Positions 51,844-60,635 of a DNA stretch of 64,000 nucleotides are shown piece after piece. The stretch is taken from NCBI GenBank assembly GCA_965222075.1, contig OZ244937.1, positions 1,376,001 to 1,440,000 on the forward strand, read 5' to 3'. The position numbers and the translations under genes were made by a program. The DNA is from Candidatus Latescibacterota bacterium. Its GTDB lineage: Bacteria > Latescibacterota > UBA2968 > GCA-2709665. Under the pieces are notes generated by a model. That model did not search any database and was not told where the DNA came from. It was given only the letters and a program-made list of their open reading frames with translations. Each line of letters begins with the position of its first letter. Position 1 is the first letter of the stretch.

Positions 51844-52806
51844 ATGGAATTCTTCGCCAACGACCTGTCGATTCACGGACAATTCTACGACATACCTTTG
51901 TTTCGCGATGCGCTTGCGCGGCTGATGGCCATGCGCAACGCAGCCCGGCGCTTCGGTCGGCAGGTGTATTGCCATCGAGCGTTCACGAGTGTCGAGCCGA
52001 TCCCAGACGTGCCGATGCAGCAAGCAGTGCAGCGTCTTAAGAAGGACGAGCAACGGTCCGTGATGAGTTGGCTAACGAAGGGCGGGCCGTTCTGGGACGA
52101 TCTTCGCAAGCATGGCCCAGCCGACTGGCTGGAATGCCGGGGCGAGGTGGTTACGGATTCCGCCGTGGGGGAAGCGGCGTATCGAAAATTGCATGCCATC
52201 GAATGCGGTCTGGTCAGCGTCACACCGTCCAATTGGGACTTCTCGCCTGTGGCGGTGACTTGGCGACGGGAGGCAGAAGGATTAGAAGACCAGCACACAG
52301 ACCTCGACAACTGGCGAGACGCCTTCACGCTGGAAGAAATGCTGCGCGATGCAGCGCCGCCAATTCGGTCATGGGACGATTTACAAGATTCCTCGACGAA
52401 CCGGTTCAGGAGCCTGACGTTCGCTGGCGACTGCTTCAAGCCGCTTGTAGGGATTCCGTTCTCCGAGAGCGCAGCGGACCGCATCCTCTTCCTACTCGGC
52501 ATTCTGGATCAATTCGCACGTGCCTTCGACGCGGACGGTGCGCGGACATCCGAAGGCCATGGGATTTACCAGAACTACTTTACAGGCGGCGAGAATGCGT
52601 TGTTTTCGGACTCATCACCCCGGGAGAAGCGCAATTTCCGTAATGAATTGACCTTTCCTTACCCGGAGAGTCCTGAAAAGTCCTTGTGCTGCACCTGGCA
52701 TGGCAAGGAGCGTCACATGATGCTTCGCCTGCACTTCTCCTGGCCCATCCAATCCGGCAAGCCGGTTTACGTCGTATATGTCGGCCCTAAGATCACCAAG
52801 CGGTAA
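51844..52806 (+). CDS. Hypothetical protein, putative effector (NsnC position), C-terminus RelE-like
   Basis: Third gene of the coupled trio; WHGK...RLHFSWP...VYVVYVGPK tail resembles RelE/ParE-type folds (inference). Confidence 0.6.
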   Translation: MEFFANDLSIHGQFYDIPLFRDALARLMAMRNAARRFGRQVYCHRAFTSVEPIPDVPMQQAVQRLKKDEQRSVMSWLTKGGPFWDDLRKHGPADWLECRGEVVTDSAVGEAAYRKLHAIECGLVSVTPSNWDFSPVAVTWRREAEGLEDQHTDLDNWRDAFTLEEMLRDAAPPIRSWDDLQDSSTNRFRSLTFAGDCFKPLVGIPFSESAADRILFLLGILDQFARAFDADGARTSEGHGIYQNYFTGGENALFSDSSPREKRNFRNELTFPYPESPEKSLCCTWHGKERHMMLRLHFSWPIQSGKPVYVVYVGPKITKR

Positions 52807-52836
52807 GGCGACGATGACAACCACGGAACGAGACAC

Positions 52837-53070
52837 ATGCCCGACACCCGCCTGATCGAACGATGGCTGCCGATTGCCGAACTTGGCATCGAAAACACGC
52901 GTGAGCGGTGCCACCTACTTGTCGGCCAAGGCGGGGGTCAAGGCTTAAAATGGTGTGGCTATACCCTCACGGAAGATCTGGCGCTGACCCTAGGGTTGCT
53001 GTTCCGCGCGCTTGCTCCGATGCGCAGCCGCCACAATATGCGGGCGGTGGCCGAGGGCATCGAGGCCATG
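52837..53070 (+). pseudogene. Mosaic scar 1: DUF1156 5' end + DUF499 3' end + gene B fragment
   Basis: 52837-52908 encodes MPDTRLIERWLPIAELGIENTRER. 52914-52953 matches 49029-49068 (37/40). 52957-53070 matches 49326-49439. Confidence 0.9.
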
Positions 53071-53099
53071 CGCCGACGGCTTCGGAGAGGACGGATAAC

Positions 53100-53792
53100 A
53101 TGAGGATCGAGCCGGAGATCAGCGGCGTGAATGTCGTTTTGCTTGGGGATTTCAACCCTGCGATCTTCACACCTGCCTGGTTTGCGCTGCACGGCCTCCT
53201 GTCGGAGAGTGTCACAGACAGCGCAGATTTGCAGGTCGCCCACCAGCAGGTGACAGACTTTGTCGCTGACTGGCTTAGCCTGCAGGTCACGACCGAACGT
53301 TTTTCCGTCGGAACCTTGCAGGCGCCCTATATTCGCCTGCGCGATCTCGTCGCACGGATATTCAAAGAGCACCTGCATCATACGCCCCTCAGAGCGTTCG
53401 GCATCAACCGTTTCGTTCATTTTCAGGTGCAGAGTTTGAATGAGCGGGATCGAATCGGTAGAACACTGGCGCCGGTGGAACCGTGGGGAGCCTGGGGGCA
53501 CGACCTTGGGGTGAATGGCGAGCATGGCGGCATGACATCGCTGACGATGTCGCAAGTCGCCCCCCAGGGAAGGCCAACGGGTGGTCAGATCAACGTCACG
53601 GTGGAGCCGTCCAAACAGATTGGCAAGGGGCGAACTGGAGTTTACGTTCGGGTCAACGATCACTATGCCATCGACAATGCCGAGTTGGGAACTGCCGGAC
53701 GCTTAATGCAACTTTTCGAGGACAACTTCGATACGTCACTCAAACGTAGCGACGGTATCGTTGATCACATCATGTCCTTGGCAAAGACATAA
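53100..53792 (+). CDS. Hypothetical protein (possibly TIGR04255-like), gene 1 of cargo 2
   Basis: GGAGAGG RBS; VVLLGDFNPAIFTPAWF, AFGIN, VNDH. The family guess is tentative. Confidence 0.65.
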   Translation: MRIEPEISGVNVVLLGDFNPAIFTPAWFALHGLLSESVTDSADLQVAHQQVTDFVADWLSLQVTTERFSVGTLQAPYIRLRDLVARIFKEHLHHTPLRAFGINRFVHFQVQSLNERDRIGRTLAPVEPWGAWGHDLGVNGEHGGMTSLTMSQVAPQGRPTGGQINVTVEPSKQIGKGRTGVYVRVNDHYAIDNAELGTAGRLMQLFEDNFDTSLKRSDGIVDHIMSLAKT

Positions 53793-53805
53793 GGAGGTTT
53801 AGTTC

Positions 53806-54411
53806 ATGTTGCAGGCGGCTCAATCCACAGCGGCGCAGCACGCCAATGCGCGTGAAAGGCTCAGTGATTTCGATGAAGATGACGCGCGGGAGTACCTCGT
53901 TCAGAATGCGGACCAACCTGTCCGCTTGTTGTTAGAGCAGGGAGTGGGCTCTCCGACAACAAGTGTACACGACCAGGATATGGAAGGGATGACTATGCCG
54001 GCGTTCGCAGGTCGTGAACAGGACGCCGACAATTTCTCGTGGATTGTGAACTTGCCGCAGCCGCGACCACACCGGTCGCCGCCAGTGACTTTCCACGCCT
54101 TACAAGAGTGGGAAGGCTATGTCACTGAGATAAACGACATGGAATTTACTGCAAGCCTGACCGACCTGACGGCTGGGGCGACCTTTGCGGGAGAAGAAGC
54201 GGATATCCCTATAGACGAAATATTAGAAGCTGATGCCGCTAAAATGCAGGTCGGGAGTATCTTCCGCTGGGTGATCGGCTACGAGCGCACGGCGGGATCG
54301 AAAAAGCGGGTCTCCCATATCGTGTTCCGCGACCTTCCCGCGATTACCAGGACCGACCTGCGGGATGGCGAGGAATGGGCGCATAAAATCATGGCGACTT
54401 TCGAGCAGTGA
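53806..54411 (+). CDS. Hypothetical protein, gene 2 of cargo 2
   Basis: AAGGAGG RBS; C-terminal beta-rich domain LQEWEGYVTEI...GSIFRWVIGY. Confidence 0.65.
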   Translation: MLQAAQSTAAQHANARERLSDFDEDDAREYLVQNADQPVRLLLEQGVGSPTTSVHDQDMEGMTMPAFAGREQDADNFSWIVNLPQPRPHRSPPVTFHALQEWEGYVTEINDMEFTASLTDLTAGATFAGEEADIPIDEILEADAAKMQVGSIFRWVIGYERTAGSKKRVSHIVFRDLPAITRTDLRDGEEWAHKIMATFEQ

Positions 54412-55502
54412 CAGAAACCAGAAAAGCGGGCAACCCGCCAGGCGAGGATGAGTTTGAGGTCGTGTTGCTTGGCCCTGGCTACGGCGAGAGCATCGTCCTG
54501 CATGTAGGCTGCGGCGGCTGGGTAATCGTTGATTCCTGCATCAACGTCGAAGGGAAACCACGTGCCCTGGAGTATCTCGAAAGCATCGGCGTCAACCCGG
54601 CGGAAGCCGTTGATCTGGTTGTGGCGACTCACTGGCACGACGACCATATACGCGGGATAGCAAAGCTGGTCGAAGCCTGCAGAAAGGCCGATTTCTGTTG
54701 TGCCAATGCGCTTCTCAACAAAGAGTTTCTCGCTGCCGTTGATGCTTTGGAGGGTCGCCACCTTTCCGCGGACGGTTCAGGAGTTCGTGAGATTTACCGC
54801 GTATTCACCTGGCTTGAGTCCGCGGCGTCACGTCCCACGTTCGCTCTATCCAACCGACGCGTCCATGCCCGAGGCAAGTGTGAAATCTGGTCATTGTCGC
54901 CCGATGACACCGCCTTTAAGAACTTCCTGAAATCTGTTGGCAATCTGTTCCCCGGCGAAGGCCGGACAAAGACTCGGCTTCCACCCGTTGCTCCCAACGA
55001 TATTGCGGTCGCGCTGTGGGTCGGCGTTGATGATATTGTGGTACTGCTTGGTTCGGATCTGGAAAAGCGTAGTTGGGTAGAGATTCTACAGAGTGAGGAG
55101 CGGCCGACCAGCAAGGCGTCGGTGTTTAAGGTTCCGCACCACGGAGCGGAAAGCGCCCATGAACCGGAGGTATGGAAGCGGATGCTCGCGCCCGATCCGT
55201 TCGCGGTACTCACGCCCTGGCGCAGAGGCGGCCGTGCGTTGCCGAGCCAAGACGATGTACAGCGCATTCTCTCGCACACCAAAAACGCCTACGCCACCGC
55301 GAAAGCTGGTCCGGCTGCTCAATCCCCGAGATACGCTAACCGAACAGTTGCCCGAACCATTCGCAGTACCGGCATCGAACTTCGGCGGCTCGCGATGTCG
55401 CCCGGCGCGATTCGACTACGGTGCCTGATCGGTTCTCGGGCACCCTGGAAGGTCGAGACCTTCGGAACCGCCTGCCATCTCAAGGACCTCGCCGGGTTAT
55501 AG
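54408..55502 (+). CDS. Metallo-beta-lactamase-fold (ComEC/Rec2-like) hydrolase, gene 3 of cargo 2
   Basis: GYGESI, IVDSC, THWHDDHIRG (HxHxDH), LGSDL, KVPHHG; GTGA overlap. Confidence 0.85.
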   Translation: MTETRKAGNPPGEDEFEVVLLGPGYGESIVLHVGCGGWVIVDSCINVEGKPRALEYLESIGVNPAEAVDLVVATHWHDDHIRGIAKLVEACRKADFCCANALLNKEFLAAVDALEGRHLSADGSGVREIYRVFTWLESAASRPTFALSNRRVHARGKCEIWSLSPDDTAFKNFLKSVGNLFPGEGRTKTRLPPVAPNDIAVALWVGVDDIVVLLGSDLEKRSWVEILQSEERPTSKASVFKVPHHGAESAHEPEVWKRMLAPDPFAVLTPWRRGGRALPSQDDVQRILSHTKNAYATAKAGPAAQSPRYANRTVARTIRSTGIELRRLAMSPGAIRLRCLIGSRAPWKVETFGTACHLKDLAGL

Positions 55503-55524
55503 ACCATTTGCTCATGGTGTGAAC

Positions 55525-55725
55525 GTGGATTTGAACCGATGTCCGACACCCGCCTGATCGAACGCTGGCTGCCGATCGCCGAGCTTGGCATCGAAAGTAC
55601 GCGCGAGCGGACGCCCAGCCGGTGAAGGGATTTTTGGAACCCCAGCTTCGGGACGCAAGTTCCAAGAACCTCGAGACGGGTTTCCAGTTGACCTTCGCCG
55701 AGGGGCTTTCCATGCAGGGCGGCGC
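55525..55725 (+). pseudogene. Mosaic scar 2: HNH-gene tail + DUF1156 5' end + DUF499 near-3' fragment
   Basis: 55525-55541 is identical to 61378-61394. 55539-55610 encodes MSDTRLIERWLPIAELGIESTRER. 55608-55725 matches 48864-48981. Confidence 0.9.
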
Positions 55726-55951
55726 TACTCGCCCAGAGCGGCCTCACGGGTCCTCTTGAGATTGCCAATTCCCCAATAATATTGTTTGCAACAAGTTCGT
55801 TGGAAAGGGCACGATTATGGGGATAGAAAGCAGGGGCGAGCTGGGTCAAGCGGATCGGTTCTTCGGCTCAGGGAAGCGCGAAGCCGTGGCATCGAGTAGG
55901 GAGAAGGTGGTGAACCCCGCAACCCCACAGCCGTGCAGCCGGACCGGAAGG

Positions 55952-55980
55952 ATGTGCGACCCACGGCTGATCGAGCGGCG
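55952..55980 (+). pseudogene. Highly degenerate DUF1156 5' fragment
   Basis: ATGTGCGACCCACGGCTGATCGAGCGG encodes MCDPRLIER (compare MSDTRLIER), preceded by GGAAGG. Confidence 0.55.
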
Positions 55981-56323
55981 ACCTACAGATAGCCTACAGA
56001 TCCTAACCGAAGCCCGGATCCACCAGAAGTATCGACACTTGGCCGGACGGATTTTTGGATCAGTTCGATGTCTCCTCAGTGCGGCGTTCTCTGTGCGCGT
56101 GAATGGCAGTTATCTTACTCATTAACCTCAATACGACAATAATTCAGCGGCAAAGTCGTTCGCGGATCAGAAATACAGCCTTAGGGGCCATTCGAACGCT
56201 CATTTTTACAGGTCGCACTTGGCGGCTTTGAGATTTCCTGATATGGGACCCCAAGCGCGCGATATTCATCGAACCAAATCCGAGTTCGGGTAGCCAAAAT
56301 ATGTCGGATCAAGGTTAATCGCT

Positions 56324-58978
56324 ATGTCTGATTATGATTTCGCGCAGTATCTTAAGATTCTTAATTCAACGAAGTTTCAGCATCTCTGGCCGGCGCAGAA
56401 GCACATCCTGGACGCCTATGACACTGACTTTCTGGACGTCAGGGACGTCGGTATTGAGCTTCCAACCGGGGCCGGAAAAACACTGATTGCGTTGCTCATT
56501 GGAAGCAAGTGGCTTGATTACGGGAAGAAGGTTGTCATTTTGTCGGCGAACAAGACCCTTGCTCGCCAGATGCGTGATGAGGCCACAGTACTTGGGCTAC
56601 CGGTAGCGTACATGGAAGGACGCGGCGAAGATATTCCGGCTGCAAGTCGTCGCTCTTACCAGCGCGCAAAGAAAATCGGGATCATGAATTATTGGGTTTA
56701 TTTCAACCAAAACCCAGTGGTCGACCCTTCAGATCTTGTAGTGATGGACGACGCGCACTTGGCGGAGCATTGCCTGGATTCGCTTTATTCCATCATCATC
56801 AGCCGGAAAGACCATAAATATCTCTTCGAGCAGCTCATACGTGAGCTTCACGATCGCTTCCCCGACTATGCTATCTTGGCAGACGCGGCTACGGCTAATG
56901 CACCACCGAACACTTCGACAGAGCTTCTGTCGTTCATCGATCACGCTGAGATCGTCGAGCGCCTCAAAGAAAATATCGACGCATCTCCGTTAATGACTTC
57001 GGATAGCGACCTGTGTTTTCGCTGGCACCGTCTCCGGGCACAAATTCATCTTACGAATTTCTATATTGGCCGCGATGCACTCTGGTTGCGTCCATACATC
57101 TATCCGCTCATTAGCAACGAACAATACCGACACACCAAACAGGTGCTCTATATGAGCGCCACAATTGGAGATCCAGGGGACTTGGCACGTCGTTTGGGAA
57201 CTCGACCAATCCGAAAGATCCAGGTTCCGGCGCAGTTCGCGGACCGCAGTTCCGGTAGACGTCTTATCGTGATGAACAGGACGAATGACGACTCGGACAT
57301 TCCGCGTCGGATGGCCCTTGCGCTCCACAATGCCATAAGTACGCATCCCAAAAGCGTTTGGCTTTGCGCGAGTGAACACGAGGCAATCCAACTCTGCGAA
57401 GTAGTTGCGGGGTGGCTTGAAACAAACAACCATGTCGGCCACCCAACATGGATTCTGACGCCCCTCGGAGATGAGATTGATCAATTCCGTCGGGCACCCT
57501 CAGGCCATCTTTTCGTGGCCGGACGCTTTGATGGAATGGATTTCAGTGGCGATGAGTGTCGGATCGTTGTTCTGAGCACGATGCCGAGGGCCATTAACCT
57601 CCAGGAGGAATTCATTTCGAGCTATCTGCGCGACAGCGGTTTCATGCGCAGGCGACTGAACCAACGGGTCGTTCAAGGTCTTGGGAGATGCACGAGGACT
57701 GACGATGATTTCGGAGTCTACTTCTTGGCCGATCAGCGATTTGCTACACACTTCTCTCGCGAATCCAACCGGGAGGGGATTCCGCAACACATGGCAGCAG
57801 AGCTAGATCTCGCCCAAGATCTAGCTGAGCGAGAAGAAAATGACCTTGCGAAGTACGTTACGCAGTTTCTGCATGGCGATTTCACCACCTACGATGTTGA
57901 CCTCGCGAAACTCAACGAAGATACTCCACCGCCGATAAGCGGTAATTTGGTAGGCGCCGACACGTCCAAGGACGAAGTAGTCGGTTGGTCCGCATTGTTT
58001 GAGAGCGAAAATTTCGCGGTTGCGCAGCAACGTTTTGAGCGATGCTGGGACACCGCCAAAGAAGACAACAATCTCCGAGAAATTACGGCTCTACATGGAT
58101 GGCATCGAGCTAAGGCGCTGTATCTTGAAGGTCTTCGCGGAAACCAGGTTTCTGTGGACAGAGCGCTTCACGTGCTGGAAGAGTCGATTGAACGCGGAGG
58201 ACTAAGCTCCTGGTTCAACCGGATGCGAGGCTCGCTCAATCGTGCTCGCAACCACAGTATAGCCACCGAAAGCATTGTCCAGCAGGAATATGGGGAATCA
58301 ATTATCCATGGTTTTGACGAACGTCTCGAGCGCCTCGGGACAACAGGACCCAAGTTTCAAGAATTCGTGAATCACCTCAGAGCAAGGCTGGAATCGGGAA
58401 CTCACGCAGAATATCAGGAAGCCTTGGAGGACCTCGGAACTCTACTCTGTTACCGGGCACGACGGCCCAAATTCGGCGCATCACCCGATTGTGTGTGGCG
58501 CGGCGAGTTCGGCAACTCTCGGGAAATTTTTACTTTCGAGGTGAAGGTTGAACAGGAGCCTTCACATCCAATCACCACCACCCACCTAGGTCAGGCTCAC
58601 ACACAGCACAGCTGGGCCAAACAGAAATATGGTATGCAGGGCTATTCAGTTCGGGCCCTAATAGTCACCCATCTTGACCAATTGGCTCCCGATGCTCAAT
58701 CATCTGTGGAGCCGATCAAACTTCTTCATAAGGACGTCGTCCTGGCGCTTTGGACCCGTGTTTGTGACATCATGACCACGTATCGCTCTCTCTGGAATAT
58801 CGATGACATTCAGGCGAAGAGAACAGCAGCAACGGCTATCAGACCGCGACTTCCCAAGACTGGCTGGTTTCTCCGGGCGTTGGATCGTGCGGCCCCATGG
58901 CTTTCTGAGGCTGATGTGCTGAAGGAATGGGACGTGGCAAGACCTGCGCCCGTGTACCCGGATCGGAAAGATGTCTGA
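56324..58978 (+). CDS. SF2 (DinG/XPD-like) helicase with C-terminal PD-(D/E)xK nuclease, Hna-like
   Basis: LPTGAGKT, MDDAH, MSAT, FDGMDF...CR, QGLGRCTR; C-terminal PDCVW...FEVK. Confidence 0.82.
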   Translation: MSDYDFAQYLKILNSTKFQHLWPAQKHILDAYDTDFLDVRDVGIELPTGAGKTLIALLIGSKWLDYGKKVVILSANKTLARQMRDEATVLGLPVAYMEGRGEDIPAASRRSYQRAKKIGIMNYWVYFNQNPVVDPSDLVVMDDAHLAEHCLDSLYSIIISRKDHKYLFEQLIRELHDRFPDYAILADAATANAPPNTSTELLSFIDHAEIVERLKENIDASPLMTSDSDLCFRWHRLRAQIHLTNFYIGRDALWLRPYIYPLISNEQYRHTKQVLYMSATIGDPGDLARRLGTRPIRKIQVPAQFADRSSGRRLIVMNRTNDDSDIPRRMALALHNAISTHPKSVWLCASEHEAIQLCEVVAGWLETNNHVGHPTWILTPLGDEIDQFRRAPSGHLFVAGRFDGMDFSGDECRIVVLSTMPRAINLQEEFISSYLRDSGFMRRRLNQRVVQGLGRCTRTDDDFGVYFLADQRFATHFSRESNREGIPQHMAAELDLAQDLAEREENDLAKYVTQFLHGDFTTYDVDLAKLNEDTPPPISGNLVGADTSKDEVVGWSALFESENFAVAQQRFERCWDTAKEDNNLREITALHGWHRAKALYLEGLRGNQVSVDRALHVLEESIERGGLSSWFNRMRGSLNRARNHSIATESIVQQEYGESIIHGFDERLERLGTTGPKFQEFVNHLRARLESGTHAEYQEALEDLGTLLCYRARRPKFGASPDCVWRGEFGNSREIFTFEVKVEQEPSHPITTTHLGQAHTQHSWAKQKYGMQGYSVRALIVTHLDQLAPDAQSSVEPIKLLHKDVVLALWTRVCDIMTTYRSLWNIDDIQAKRTAATAIRPRLPKTGWFLRALDRAAPWLSEADVLKEWDVARPAPVYPDRKDV

Positions 58979-59319
58979 CACCCGCCTGATCGAACGATGG
59001 CTGCCGATTGCAGCTCTTGGAGAAGAGAGTATTCGCGAGCGACGTTCCATGACGGCGTTGCCGCCCACCTATCATCTCCATGTCTGGTGGGCACGGCGTT
59101 TCTCGCCACCCTGCTGCCCGCGGAGGATGATCTGGAGAGGTGTCCGCAGATCCTTGGGATTCATGGAGATCCATTGGCAGCAATAGAATTGACCGAGCAA
59201 AAAGGGCGGGAGTCGCGGTGAATAATCCCTCTCGCTACACCCTCAGGGAAGATCTGGCGTTGACGCTGGGGCTGCGGTTCCTGCTGGCCGATTCGAGGCC
59301 GAGGGAGGCTCGCCCATGA
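58971..59319 (+). pseudogene. Mosaic scar 3: internally deleted DUF1156 5' end + two joined gene B fragments
   Basis: MSDTRLIERWLPIAALGEESIRERRSMTALPPTYHLHVWWARR, near-identical to 61392 onward. 59234-59274 matches 49327-49367, fused to the LRFLL 3' end of gene B, whose TGA overlaps the next ATG. Confidence 0.9.
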
Positions 59320-60635
59320 AACTAAAGTCTGTGGAAATCGAAAACTACCGGGCGATCGAGAAACTTGAGTTGGCACTCGATCCGTCGCTAACGGTTTTTC
59401 ATGGCGACAATTCGCACGGCAAGACCAGTGTTCTGAGCGCTATTGCCGTCGGTTTGGGGGCGGTTCCTTTCTTGCTGCCGGATGTGTCGGGGATTGGATT
59501 CCTCAAGAAGGACCGCCGCGAGGGTGGTGAATGCGTGCGGGTTTCGCTTACTACGACCAATGAAATTACATGGGAACGAACATCGAGCTATGTACGAAAA
59601 AGTAGGTGGACTCTAAGTGAGGATACAGCCCAAGAACGCCAAGAACGGCCCCGTCATACCTTAAGGGAGTTGAAGCAATGGCTGGAGAAGACTGCACTTG
59701 CTGCTTGGGGAACACCTATCGATCTACCGATAATGGCCTTCTATGACACGGAAAGGGTGGTACGGGGTCTCGCGAAACGACGCGGCCGCCCAAAGAGCGC
59801 GATTTCTCGGTATGCTGCGCTGGAAGGCGCACTGTCTGCACGGACTAGCTTTAGGGAGTTGTTTGAGTGGTTCTACATAAAGGAGAACGAAGAACTGAGG
59901 GAACAGCGAGAAAGGCGCGACCTTGACTTTCGCTTGAAAGAACTGACTGCGGTACGCGATGCGATTTCATCCATGATTGATTGCATTGCCGAACCTCACG
60001 TCGAGCTTCGTCCAATGCGCTTTGTGGTATCCGAGAGATTAGACGGGGAGGCCGCTGAAAAACGAACGCTTGACCAGTTGAGTGGCGGCTGTCAAGCCGT
60101 ACTTGCACTTGCCGCTGATTTGGCTTGGCGGATGGCCCAGGGAAACCCTCATCTCGACGACACGCTCTCCTCCGAAGCAATCGTCCTGATTGACGAGATC
60201 GAACTGCATTTACACCCCTCATGGCAGCAACGCATCCTGGGCGACCTGCGGCGGACATTCCCAAACGCGCAGTTTATCGTCTCTACTCACAGCCCGCAGG
60301 TGCTGACTACGGTCGAGCCGCAGCACATTGTGGAACTGTATCGGGATGGCGACCGCATTGTTGCCGGGGCACCAGGGGGGGCGACTTATGGGGCCGAGGC
60401 AGGAGACGTTCTTTCCGTGGTGATGGGTGTAGATGAGCGACCGCCCGAGAACCGCTTCACAAAAGCTTTGGACCAATACCGGCGGCTGATCAGGGAGGAG
60501 CGGTGGGAGTCCAAAGAAGCCTTGGCTCTGCGAGAGAGTCTGGAGAGCATGTCCCCCTACGATTCGGCCCTTGATCGCGCCGACCTTGAGATCAAGCGGC
60601 GCAAGCTATTCAAGCAGCGGGCCGAGTCACAATGA
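59316..60635 (+). CDS. AAA_21/ABC ATPase, Septu PtuA-like
   Basis: IENYRAI, GDNSHGKTS, QLSGG, VLIDEIELHLHPSWQ, QFIVSTHSPQV. Confidence 0.85.
   Translation: MKLKSVEIENYRAIEKLELALDPSLTVFHGDNSHGKTSVLSAIAVGLGAVPFLLPDVSGIGFLKKDRREGGECVRVSLTTTNEITWERTSSYVRKSRWTLSEDTAQERQERPRHTLRELKQWLEKTALAAWGTPIDLPIMAFYDTERVVRGLAKRRGRPKSAISRYAALEGALSARTSFRELFEWFYIKENEELREQRERRDLDFRLKELTAVRDAISSMIDCIAEPHVELRPMRFVVSERLDGEAAEKRTLDQLSGGCQAVLALAADLAWRMAQGNPHLDDTLSSEAIVLIDEIELHLHPSWQQRILGDLRRTFPNAQFIVSTHSPQVLTTVEPQHIVELYRDGDRIVAGAPGGATYGAEAGDVLSVVMGVDERPPENRFTKALDQYRRLIREERWESKEALALRESLESMSPYDSALDRADLEIKRRKLFKQRAESQ

Noticed and set aside
52837-53103. 88-aa ORF (and the 71-aa ORF at 58971-59186) as real small proteins
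   Set aside because: Both are chimeras of scaffold-gene fragments and are annotated as scars, although translation for coupling cannot be excluded.
59187-59315. Retron msr-msd upstream of PtuAB
   Set aside because: The sequence is explained by gene B fragments, and there is no reverse transcriptase in the window.
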